Positions 24,543-32,583 of a stretch of DNA of 64,000 nt are shown piece after piece. This stretch comes from Betaproteobacteria bacterium (lineage in GTDB: Bacteria; Pseudomonadota; Gammaproteobacteria; Burkholderiales; Burkholderiaceae_F). The translations under genes were made by a program, and so were the position numbers. Every line of letters begins with the position of its first letter. Position 1 is the first letter of the stretch. The DNA lies in assembly GCA_046343415.1 (NCBI GenBank), contig JBKDNL010000028.1, forward strand, positions 8,103-72,102. Direction: 5' to 3'. The notes below the pieces were generated by a model that was not told the origin of the DNA, ran no database searches, and was given only the letters and a program-made list of their open reading frames with translations.

Positions 24543-25316
24543 TTAGAGGGTTGCGGCTAGCGCGGCGGCTTTCTTGGGCGTGGCTTTGCGGAGGGCAGCC
24601 AGTGCGGCCTTGATCGCCTTCGCGTCATCGGTCGCCAACAGGTCACGCAACGCTTCGCGCGCTTCGTTTTTCAGCGCTGAGAGTTCCTCGCGCGCCTTGC
24701 CCTTTGCGGCCTTGTCGGCGGCCTCTCGTAACCGCTTGGCGTTGGTCGCAGCGGTTGCAGCCTCGTCGACCTTGCCGCTAGCAATCAACTCGGCCGCGCG
24801 CGCAGTCCATTGCTCGGGCGTGCCATCTGGCAGCGCCCGCGATGCGGCCTTGCGCTGCGCATCTTGCGCCTGACTGCGCGGAATGTCGCCTTGCAGCCGC
24901 GCGGCGCCGAGTGCGTCCTCGGAACGCGCGGCCTTCATTCTGCGCTCGAAGGCGTCCAGCGATTTATCGGACGGAACAAGCTTTTCAATTGCATCAGCAT
25001 CACGCACGTTGCCCCGCGCGGCATCATACCCGCGGCGCCATGCGGCCTGCATCACGCGGAAGCACGCGTAGTCGCCCTTGTTGCCCTCGCGCGCCATGAC
25101 CGGCGCAAAGAGCGTGGCAAAGGCGAGAAGGGCCGCCTCACCCTCATACGCGCTAGCGCCATCCGCGAGCAAAGACGCGGCCACGTTTGGCGCAATGGTG
25201 GGCGCAATGGTGGGCTCAATGGTGGGCGAAGGCAGCACGGGAGCCGGAGCCGGAGCCGCTTTCGGCTTCTTGGCCCTTGGCGCGGCGGCGGTAGCAAGAG
25301 CAGTAGCATTAGCCAT
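24543..25316 (-). CDS. Ala-rich hypothetical protein in a self-contained transcription unit
   Basis: 257 aa. It has its own promoter (25365-25392), an AAGGA RBS and its own terminator (24501-24526). It is oriented opposite to both rightward neighbours. Confidence 0.65.
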   Translation of the reverse strand: MANATALATAAAPRAKKPKAAPAPAPVLPSPTIEPTIAPTIAPNVAASLLADGASAYEGEAALLAFATLFAPVMAREGNKGDYACFRVMQAAWRRGYDAARGNVRDADAIEKLVPSDKSLDAFERRMKAARSEDALGAARLQGDIPRSQAQDAQRKAASRALPDGTPEQWTARAAELIASGKVDEAATAATNAKRLREAADKAAKGKAREELSALKNEAREALRDLLATDDAKAIKAALAALRKATPKKAAALAATL

Positions 25317-25364
25317 GATTAATCCTTGGAGTAAGACGCTAGCGTTATTGCTAGCGTGGAACAG

Positions 25365-25392
25365 ATTTTACACTAACAGGCTTACTCGTCAA
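25365..25392 (-). promoter_or_regulatory. sigma70-type promoter TTGACG-16-TAAAAT reading leftward
   Basis: On the minus strand, TTGACG (25392-25387), spacer AGTAAGCCTGTTAGTG, then TAAAAT (25370-25365). It is nearly identical in layout to the promoter at 18937-18965. Confidence 0.7.
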
Positions 25393-25405
25393 GTTTCTAG
25401 ACGGC

Positions 25406-25434
25406 GGACAAGTCCGCGCGGCGCGGCGTTGTCC
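25406..25434. repeat. GGACA...TGTCC stem-loop family, copy 8
   Basis: GGACAAGTCCGCG-CGG-CGCGGCGTTGTCC. It lies just outside the -35 of the promoter at 25365-25392. Confidence 0.65.
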
Positions 25435-25609
25435 GGGCTGGCACGGATAGCGGGGCTAGCCCCCACCCCCGGGGCATGGACAAACTCATGCGGCCCCCTG
25501 GCCCCCCTTATCTCTGCGCCAAAATGGAAAACCCACTTTTAGACACTGTAAAAACTGATACACGGCCCATACCGCTCGAAGCCCCGCTAGCCCCGCAAGC
25601 TTCATCGTG

Positions 25610-25621
25610 CTAACATGTAAG
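25610..25621. promoter_or_regulatory. 12-bp palindrome family CTAAC-RT-GTWAG, copy 0
   Basis: CTAACATGTAAG at the head of the rightward genes. Confidence 0.6.
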
Positions 25622-25642
25622 CTCATCACTATGGAGCCCATC

Positions 25643-25792
25643 ATGGAATACGTCATCGCTGCGCTGATCGTCGCTGCCGTCGCCTTCGTGGCGTTCCGCA
25701 AGCGCAAGTCGAGCAACCCGTTCGAGGGCAAGGATGTCGTCGACGGCGGGGCTGACGACCGCGACAACCGCGGCCACAAAGACCTGTTCTAA
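25643..25792 (+). CDS. small membrane protein
   Basis: Within ORF 25607..25792. ATG 25643 is preceded by GGAG at 6 nt. One TM helix (YVIAALIVAAVAFVAF) is followed by RKRK. Confidence 0.45.
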   Translation: MEYVIAALIVAAVAFVAFRKRKSSNPFEGKDVVDGGADDRDNRGHKDLF

Positions 25793-25795
25793 CCG

Positions 25796-26146
25796 ATGGG
25801 GAGCCCCGACGCTGCAACGCTAGCCAAGCAGCTCAAACAAAAGCTGCTTGAGGGGGCTCCTCACGTCGCTGAAGACCTTCTGACGCTTGTCCGCCAGTCG
25901 GAGAACCCGAAGGACTACATCGACTACCTGCAGCTCACATCCAGGCTAAACGGCCTGGAGCCGAAGCCCGACCAGAACGCCAACCTGCCCACCTTCAACA
26001 TCACGTTCCAGATGGGTGCGGTGCAGGCCGAGGTCAGTGCAGAGGTCATCGAGCACGCCTCTGCAGAGCAGCCGAAGCTAGCGGAGCCAGAAACGCAGGC
26101 GCCGGTAGTGGAGCCGTTTGTGCTCGACATCCAACCCATCGACTAG
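25796..26146 (+). CDS. hypothetical protein
   Basis: 116 aa with good GC3. It is closely coupled to the upstream stop. Confidence 0.55.
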   Translation: MGSPDAATLAKQLKQKLLEGAPHVAEDLLTLVRQSENPKDYIDYLQLTSRLNGLEPKPDQNANLPTFNITFQMGAVQAEVSAEVIEHASAEQPKLAEPETQAPVVEPFVLDIQPID

Positions 26147-26154
26147 GACTCACC

Positions 26155-26283
26155 ATGATGCCGTTTCAGCCGAAAGGCAAACCGCCGATGCCCAAAGGCA
26201 AAGGCCCCGTCGCCCCCGCCCCCGGAAAGAAAGCCCCTGGCGGCAAGCCGCCGATGCGCAAAGCCGCCGGCCGCGGCCGGTAA
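26155..26283 (+). CDS. very basic Lys/Pro/Gly-rich 42-aa peptide (uncertain)
   Basis: Hand translation: MMPFQPKGKPPMPKGKGPVAPAPGKKAPGGKPPMRKAAGRGR. It is below the ORF-track cutoff. Confidence 0.3.
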   Translation: MMPFQPKGKPPMPKGKGPVAPAPGKKAPGGKPPMRKAAGRGR

Positions 26284-26414
26284 TCAACGAGCACCACAGT
26301 ACGCCGGGCCTGCTGGACAGGCCGCAAGGTCGAAGGTGTGATCCGGGCAACCGGGGACTGGCCCGCAAGGGCTGCCTGACAGCCGGCGTGCTGCCTAGAG
26401 TTAGCAGGTAAGCC

Positions 26415-26831
26415 ATGCTTGCGATCCGTGAAGTCGACCCGCTCAAGTTCGGCGCCGTGCTGGAGTCCATGCACGCGGCCTGTTTTCCCGAAGACCAGAT
26501 GCCCGACTTCAAGCGGGGCTGGTGGTGGGTCGGGTTCGAGCGCGGGGAGCCCGCCGCGTTTTGCGGAATGCGCCACGTCGAGTCCTGGGATCGCACGGCA
26601 TACCTGAAACGTGCAGGGGTGCTGCGCGCGTACCGGGGCAGGGGTTACCAGCGGCGGCTAATCCGCGTGCGCCTGCAGAAGGCCAGAGCCCTCGGGTACG
26701 AGCGCGTCGTTACCGACACCACCGACAACCCCGCTAGCGCCAACAACCTCATGGAGTGCGGATTCCGGCTGTACACGCCGCATCAGCCGTGGGGGTATCG
26801 CCGCACTTTGTATTGGATTCGGACGCTATGA
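26415..26831 (+). CDS. GNAT family N-acetyltransferase
   Basis: 138 aa. VLRAYRGRGYQRRLI (acetyl-CoA binding R/Q-x-x-G-x-G/A type) and ...NLMECGFRLY. Confidence 0.7.
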   Translation: MLAIREVDPLKFGAVLESMHAACFPEDQMPDFKRGWWWVGFERGEPAAFCGMRHVESWDRTAYLKRAGVLRAYRGRGYQRRLIRVRLQKARALGYERVVTDTTDNPASANNLMECGFRLYTPHQPWGYRRTLYWIRTL

Positions 26832-27586
26832 AAATTCTTCTGCTGGACATCGAAACGGCGCCCAACGTAGCGCATGTTTGGAGTTTGTGGCGTCAAACAG
26901 TGAGTCTAAGTCAGCTCATCGACGCGAGCTACGTCATGTGTTGGGCGGCGAAATGGTTTGGTGAGAGCGAGGTAATGTTCGATAGCATGCACCACTCGTC
27001 GACGAAGACGATGCTCAAGGGCGTCCACAAGCTGCTCGATGCAGCCGACGCCGTGATCACTTACAACGGCGATCACTTCGACCTGCCGACCCTGAACAAG
27101 GAGTTCTTGCAGGCGCGCACGGCGCCGCCTAGTCCGTACAAGTCAATCGACCTGTACCAGACGGCCAAACGACGGTTCCGCTTTCCGAGCGCGAAGCTGG
27201 AGTACCTTGCCCGCGCGCTGGGCCTGCCGAAGCAGAAGATCAAGCACGCCGGGCACCAGCTCTGGATTGACACGATGGCTGGCGACAAAGCCGCATGGGA
27301 GCAGATGCGCGCGTACAACATGGGCGACGTGGAGGTGCTGGAGGAGGTGTACCTGCGCATGCGTCCGTGGGTGAAGCAGCACCCGAACCTCGCCACGCAC
27401 CTCGAACCTGGCGTGACCATGTGCATCCACTGCGGCTCGACGCACCTGCAGCGGCGGGGCTTCTACCGCACCGATGTCAACAAGTACCAGCGCTGGCAGT
27501 GCCAGGACTGCGGCACCTGGATGCGCGACGCGGTGAGCGAGTTCGGGCGCGCGGATCGCGCCTCGATCCTGCGGCGAGTCGCATGA
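26828..27586 (+). CDS. RNase H-fold (DEDD-like) exonuclease with C-terminal zinc ribbon
   Basis: The start ATG 26828 overlaps the GNAT stop (ATGA). Motifs: KILLLDIETAPN, ITYNGDHFDLPTL, YNMGDVEVLEEVY, then CIHCGS...CQDCG. Confidence 0.6.
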   Translation: MKILLLDIETAPNVAHVWSLWRQTVSLSQLIDASYVMCWAAKWFGESEVMFDSMHHSSTKTMLKGVHKLLDAADAVITYNGDHFDLPTLNKEFLQARTAPPSPYKSIDLYQTAKRRFRFPSAKLEYLARALGLPKQKIKHAGHQLWIDTMAGDKAAWEQMRAYNMGDVEVLEEVYLRMRPWVKQHPNLATHLEPGVTMCIHCGSTHLQRRGFYRTDVNKYQRWQCQDCGTWMRDAVSEFGRADRASILRRVA

Positions 27587-29022
27587 AGCTGAACTTCGTG
27601 CCGGGGCCGGTGGGGGCCGCGTTCCTCCAGTCCCGCGCGTACATCAAGCTCATCATGGGGCCGGTGGGTGGCGGCAAGTCGACCGACGCCCTGATGGACT
27701 TGCTCCAGCGCAGCGTGCGCCAGCAGGCGTTCAACGGCGTGCGGCGGACAAAGCATGGCATCCTGCGCAACACGATGCAGCAGTTGAAGTCGACGGTGAA
27801 GCCGCTGATCGACCACTGGTTCTGCACGATGACCAACAACACGATGGGCGCGTGGAAGCTCACGGACAACACGTTCGAGATGCGCTTTCGCCTGCCGGAC
27901 GGCACCATCGTGCATTCGGACTTCATTCTCCTGGCGGCCGACACGCCGGACGACGTGCGGCGCCTGCTCTCGTTGGAGTTGAGCGATGCGTGGGTGGAGG
28001 AGGCGCGTGAGGTCGATTCGGCGGTGTTTGAAGGTCTGCAAGGTCGTGTGGCGCGCTTTCCTAACCGCGCGTCAGGAGGGGTGACGTACCCCGGGGTGAT
28101 CTGCTCGACCAACCCGCCGCCGATGGGCACCTACTGGCAGGAAAAGGCCAGCACTCCGCCGAAGAACATGGAGGTGTTCATCCAGCCGCCCGCGCTGCTG
28201 GAGGACGGCACGCTGAACCCCGACGCCGAGAACCTGGACAACCTCGACCCGAACTACTACTCCAACCTCGTCGAAGGCAAGACCGAGGACTGGATCAACG
28301 TCTACCTGAAGAATCGCTTCGGCTCCGGCGGCTGGGGCGAGCCGATCTTTGCCAGCACGTTCCGGCAGAGCTTTCACGTCGCCAAGGAGACGCTGAAGCC
28401 CATCTTCAGCTCGATTCACCCGCTGATCGTGGGCATGGACAACGGGCTGCAGGCGGCGTGCGTGATCGGCCAGCAAGACATGCGGGGCCGCGTGAACCTC
28501 CTGGGGGAGTGCTACGTCCCGGAGAAGGAGACGATGGGCGTGGAGACGTTCATCGACCGCTACCTCACGCCGTACCTGCTCGCCAAGTTCCCGGTCAAGC
28601 CCGAGCACATTCTGTTCGTCCTCGACCCGGCGTGCTGGCAGCGGTCGCAGGTCAACGAAGTGACCATCGCGCAGGCGGTGGCCGCGCGCAAGTACAACGT
28701 CCGCCGGGCGGCGACCAACGACCCGGAGCGCCGCATCGCGGCCGTGGAGGGGCTGTTGCAGCGGGCCATCGACGGCGGGCCGGGCCTGCTGATCAGCCCG
28801 GAGTGCAAGCACCTCATCAACGCCCTGGACTGGGGCTACCGCAACAAGAGGCAAAAGGACGGCAGCATCGTGGCGACGCCGGAGAAGAACCACTTCAGCC
28901 ACATTGCCGACGCCGCCCAGTATTTTTCGCTGCACTACAACACGATCATGCACCCCGCCGCTGGGCAGCTCATCCCCCAGGCGCACACGATTGAGCCGGT
29001 GGCCTTCCGCTACATCGTCTAA
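27583..29022 (+). CDS. terminase large subunit
   Basis: The start overlaps the upstream stop (ATGA). Walker A is GPVGGGKS, Walker B-like is LSLELSDAWVEEARE, and the STNPP motif is present. The nuclease half follows. Confidence 0.85.
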   Translation: MKLNFVPGPVGAAFLQSRAYIKLIMGPVGGGKSTDALMDLLQRSVRQQAFNGVRRTKHGILRNTMQQLKSTVKPLIDHWFCTMTNNTMGAWKLTDNTFEMRFRLPDGTIVHSDFILLAADTPDDVRRLLSLELSDAWVEEAREVDSAVFEGLQGRVARFPNRASGGVTYPGVICSTNPPPMGTYWQEKASTPPKNMEVFIQPPALLEDGTLNPDAENLDNLDPNYYSNLVEGKTEDWINVYLKNRFGSGGWGEPIFASTFRQSFHVAKETLKPIFSSIHPLIVGMDNGLQAACVIGQQDMRGRVNLLGECYVPEKETMGVETFIDRYLTPYLLAKFPVKPEHILFVLDPACWQRSQVNEVTIAQAVAARKYNVRRAATNDPERRIAAVEGLLQRAIDGGPGLLISPECKHLINALDWGYRNKRQKDGSIVATPEKNHFSHIADAAQYFSLHYNTIMHPAAGQLIPQAHTIEPVAFRYIV

Positions 29023-29030
29023 CGTGTTAG
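29019..29030. promoter_or_regulatory. 12-bp palindrome family, copy 1
   Basis: CTAACGTGTTAG overlaps the TerL stop and lies upstream of the portal gene. Confidence 0.7.
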
Positions 29031-29068
29031 AGTATGTGAGCCCCCGCTAACCTAGCCCCCGTGCACTC

Positions 29069-31213
29069 ATGATCCAACTCGGCCTGTCTGCGCAAACCGC
29101 CGCTCCCGCGGCGCCCGGCGTGCCTGCGGCGCCGATCCCCGCCCCGGTCAACGTCGGCGGCTTCCTGCCGATGGCGTCCGCCGCGGCGGTGCTAGATCAG
29201 CAGAAAAAGGAAGCCGAGGCCAAGTTTCAGGCCGAGCAAGGCCAGCCGCAGATCGTTGGCTTGGCAAACCACGTCCGCAAGTTCTTCGAGACGGCGCGGC
29301 AGGCCCGCGAAACGGTCGAGCGCGGCATGCTGGAGGCGACGTACGCCCGGCGCGGCGAGTACACGGCGGCGCAGCTCGCCGACATCAGCGCCAACGGGCA
29401 GGTGCCCATCTACATGATGCTGTTCAGCATGAAGTGCCGGCAGGCCGAAAGCTTGCTGCGCGACGTGTTGATCGGCGCCGGCAGCGAAAAACCGTGGACG
29501 GCGCGGCCGTCGGCGAAGCCCGACCTGCCGCTGAACGTGGTGGCCGAAATTATGCAGGGCGTGGCCTCCGAGGTGCAGCAAGCGCAGATGCTGGGCTTGA
29601 TGCCCACCATCGAGATGATCAAGCAGCGCCTCCGCGACGCCCGCGAGCAGGCCGAAGCGCAGATCATGGAAGAAGCCCGTGCCCGCGCCGAGCGCATGGA
29701 AACGAAGATGGAAGACCAGCTCCAGGAAGGCGACTTCCTAGAGGCGCTCGACCAGTTCATCACCGACCTGCCGCAGTTCAAGGCGGCGTTTATCAAGGGG
29801 CCGGAGCTGCGCCAGCGGCGCGTGCTCAAGTACAACGACGCCGGCAAGCTGGAGCCGGCGACTGAAATCAAGCTGGAGTGGGACCGGGTCGACCCGTTCA
29901 ACGTGTACCCGGCGCCCTGGGCGCGCGATCTGCAGACCGCGCCGTTCGTCGAGCGCTACAAGCTTACCCGCAGCGACCTGAACGCCCTGATGGGCACGCC
30001 GGGCTTCAGCGACGAGGCCATCCGCAAGACGCTGACTGAGTACGACTCGGGCATGACCGGCCTGTGGCTGACCATCGACCAGCAAAAAGCCAGCGCCCTC
30101 GGCCAAGACCAGCTCAGCGCCACGACCAACACGGGCGAGATCAACGCGTTCCGCTACTGGGGCTCGATCAGCGGCCAGATGCTCCGCGAGTGGGGCATGA
30201 AGCCCGAGCAGGTGCCCGACGAGGCCAAGGAGTACGAGTGCGAGTGCTGGCTGGTCGGCACCACGATCATCAAGGCGGTGCTCAACCCCGACCCGCTGGG
30301 CCGCCGGCCGTACTACACCACCAGCTACGAGCGCATCCCCGGCACGCTGTGGGGCAACTCGATGTACGACCTGATGCGCGACTGCCAGATGATGTGCAAC
30401 GCCGCGGCGCGCGCCCTGGCGCAGAACATGGCGATTGCCTCTGGCCCGCAGGTGGTCGTCTACAGCGACCGTGTGCCCAGCGGCCAGCAGGTCACGCAGA
30501 TGTACCCGTGGAAAATCTGGCAGGCCACGAGCGACCCGATGGGCGGCACGGCCAAGCCGGTCGACTTCTTCCAGCCCGCGAGCAACGCTCAAGAGCTGAT
30601 GAACATTTACGAGCGGTTCAGCATTCTGGCCGACGAATACACCGGCATCCCGCGCTACATGACGGGCACCGAGGGCACGCCGGGCGCCGGGCGCACCGCG
30701 TCGGGCCTGTCCATGATGATCGGCAACGCGAGCAAGGTCATCAAGGCGGTGGTCGGCGGCATCGACACGTACATCCTGAAGCCCCTGCTGGAGCGCCTGT
30801 TCCAGTACAACATGCTCAAGGGCGACGACCCCGAGTCGTACGGCGACGTAAACATCGTCGTGCGGGGCGCGCTGTCGCTCACAGCCAAAGAGTCGGCGAT
30901 GGTTCGCCGCAACGAGTTCCTGCAGATCACTGCCAACCCCATCGACATGCAGATCATCGGCATGGAAGGTCGCGCGGAAGTGCTGCGGGAAACGGCCAAG
31001 TTGCTCGACATGAACACCGACAAAGTCGTGCCGCCGGTCAGCGTCATCAAACAGCGCATGGCCCAACAGCAAATGGCGGCGATGGCCCAGGCGCAAGCCC
31101 AGGGTGGCGACAAAAATGAGTCCGGCAAGGGCGGGGCGAACAACGCCGAGCAGTCCGGCGGCGGCAAGCAGCTCATGGACGGGGCACCCGCCACCGACAA
31201 CTTCGCAAGTTAG
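29069..31213 (+). CDS. portal protein (by position and size)
   Basis: 714 aa, immediately after TerL, with an acidic/Gly-rich C-terminus. No motif-level proof. Confidence 0.6.
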   Translation: MIQLGLSAQTAAPAAPGVPAAPIPAPVNVGGFLPMASAAAVLDQQKKEAEAKFQAEQGQPQIVGLANHVRKFFETARQARETVERGMLEATYARRGEYTAAQLADISANGQVPIYMMLFSMKCRQAESLLRDVLIGAGSEKPWTARPSAKPDLPLNVVAEIMQGVASEVQQAQMLGLMPTIEMIKQRLRDAREQAEAQIMEEARARAERMETKMEDQLQEGDFLEALDQFITDLPQFKAAFIKGPELRQRRVLKYNDAGKLEPATEIKLEWDRVDPFNVYPAPWARDLQTAPFVERYKLTRSDLNALMGTPGFSDEAIRKTLTEYDSGMTGLWLTIDQQKASALGQDQLSATTNTGEINAFRYWGSISGQMLREWGMKPEQVPDEAKEYECECWLVGTTIIKAVLNPDPLGRRPYYTTSYERIPGTLWGNSMYDLMRDCQMMCNAAARALAQNMAIASGPQVVVYSDRVPSGQQVTQMYPWKIWQATSDPMGGTAKPVDFFQPASNAQELMNIYERFSILADEYTGIPRYMTGTEGTPGAGRTASGLSMMIGNASKVIKAVVGGIDTYILKPLLERLFQYNMLKGDDPESYGDVNIVVRGALSLTAKESAMVRRNEFLQITANPIDMQIIGMEGRAEVLRETAKLLDMNTDKVVPPVSVIKQRMAQQQMAAMAQAQAQGGDKNESGKGGANNAEQSGGGKQLMDGAPATDNFAS

Positions 31214-31240
31214 TGCTTACTTGACAGATAACAGGCTTAC

Positions 31241-31447
31241 ATGTCAGACTCTGCGCAACGAGACTTAGAGCTGTTCAAACGGCTGTCGGTCACCGAACCG
31301 CACTTGCGTGCTTTCCTCACGCGACTGTTTGAACAGGAACTCAAAATTCTGCTCGTCAACCCTGTCGACACGACATTGCACGTCGCCCAAGGAAAAGGGC
31401 AGGCGTACAAGAGGCTGATCGACATGTTAGACGGCAAGACGGTTTAA
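31241..31447 (+). CDS. hypothetical protein
   Basis: 68 aa ORF between the portal and scaffold genes. Confidence 0.45.
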   Translation: MSDSAQRDLELFKRLSVTEPHLRAFLTRLFEQELKILLVNPVDTTLHVAQGKGQAYKRLIDMLDGKTV

Positions 31448-31511
31448 CCCGTCGCGGGGGCGACCCCCCGCATCCACCACCAACAAGCCGCCAGTCGGCC
31501 TTGGAGAAGCA

Positions 31512-32501
31512 ATGGCAACACGCATGCCGCGACCCGTACAGGAGCAGTTGAAAGCCGCCGAGAAATTGGAGGCGCAACTGAAAGCAGAGGTAGAGGCCCC
31601 GGCCCCCGCCCCGCTCCCCTCTCTGGAGCAAGTTCTGGCAACACCAGAGCCCGCCCCCGAGCCCACTCCAGCCCCGGCACCTGTTGCCGCACCGGCCCCG
31701 GCCCCCGCGCCGACGCCGGCCCCGACGCCTCCGCAACCCGATCCGTGGGAGCACAAGTACCGAGTCCTGCAGGGCCTGTTCAACCAGCGGGTGCCTGAAC
31801 TCCAAGGGCAGGTCAAGACGCTCTCGCAGCAGATCGAAAAGCTGCAGAAGCAACCGGAGCCCGCGCCGCAGAAGGCCCAGCCGGATGCGAAGGACATCGA
31901 GGACTTCGGCAAGGAGCTAGTCGAGATGGTTAGCCGCAACGCCCAGCGTCATATCGACGCGGCGCTTGGCACTCTCGGCCACCGAATCGACGCCCTCGAA
32001 GCACTGGCGACCGAGCTGCAGCAAGGCGTCCAAGTCACGTCAAAGCAGATTGCGATGACGGCCGAAGACAACTTCTGGCAGACGCTTGCCGGCGAGGTGC
32101 CGGACTACGAGACCGTCAACCAGAGCCCCACGTTTCTGCAGTGGCTCGCGGTGGTGGACAAGGTGTACCGGAAACCGCGCCAGCACGCGCTCGATCAAGC
32201 CTGTGACTCGCTTGACGCAAAAGCCGCAGCAGCGGTGTTCAAAGCGTTCAAGGAGGAGCAGGCGCGGCAGCCCGCCAGTGCCGCACTAACGGAAACGGTC
32301 AGTCCGCTTTCGAGTTCCGGTGGCGCCGCGCCGCCCATGCAGCAGAAGCCGGTGATCTACGCATCGCAGATCACCGCCTTCTACGAGCGCCAGCGTCGCG
32401 GCCACTACCGGAATAACCCGGCGGAAATGAACCGACTAGAAGCAGAAATCAACTCTGCTGTTCAGGAAGGACGCGTAATCGACGACACGGGAGCCCGTTA
32501 G
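31512..32501 (+). CDS. scaffolding protein (inferred)
   Basis: 329 aa. It has coiled-coil and Pro/Ala-rich segments and lies directly upstream of the capsid gene. Confidence 0.55.
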   Translation: MATRMPRPVQEQLKAAEKLEAQLKAEVEAPAPAPLPSLEQVLATPEPAPEPTPAPAPVAAPAPAPAPTPAPTPPQPDPWEHKYRVLQGLFNQRVPELQGQVKTLSQQIEKLQKQPEPAPQKAQPDAKDIEDFGKELVEMVSRNAQRHIDAALGTLGHRIDALEALATELQQGVQVTSKQIAMTAEDNFWQTLAGEVPDYETVNQSPTFLQWLAVVDKVYRKPRQHALDQACDSLDAKAAAAVFKAFKEEQARQPASAALTETVSPLSSSGGAAPPMQQKPVIYASQITAFYERQRRGHYRNNPAEMNRLEAEINSAVQEGRVIDDTGAR

Positions 32502-32583
32502 TCGGTAAGTGAGCACCTCCTGAATGGCCTTTAACGCGCGCCTCGGCGCGCGGATTGAAACAACCACTCAGGAGGTGCTCTAA

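Noticed and set aside
13752-25434. The GGACA/TGTCC hairpins as N4-type hairpin promoters or T7-type RNase III sites.
   Set aside because: No virion or single-subunit RNA polymerase gene is present. Stems of 5+5 bp are too short for RNase III. The observation is kept only as an unexplained repeat family.
31221-31249. TTGACA at 31221 as a rightward promoter for 31241..31447.
   Set aside because: No acceptable -10 lies at 16-18 nt (the hexamer there is TCAGAC), and the start codon would fall inside the promoter. The resemblance is to the TAACAGGCTTAC spacer word of the promoter at 25365-25392.
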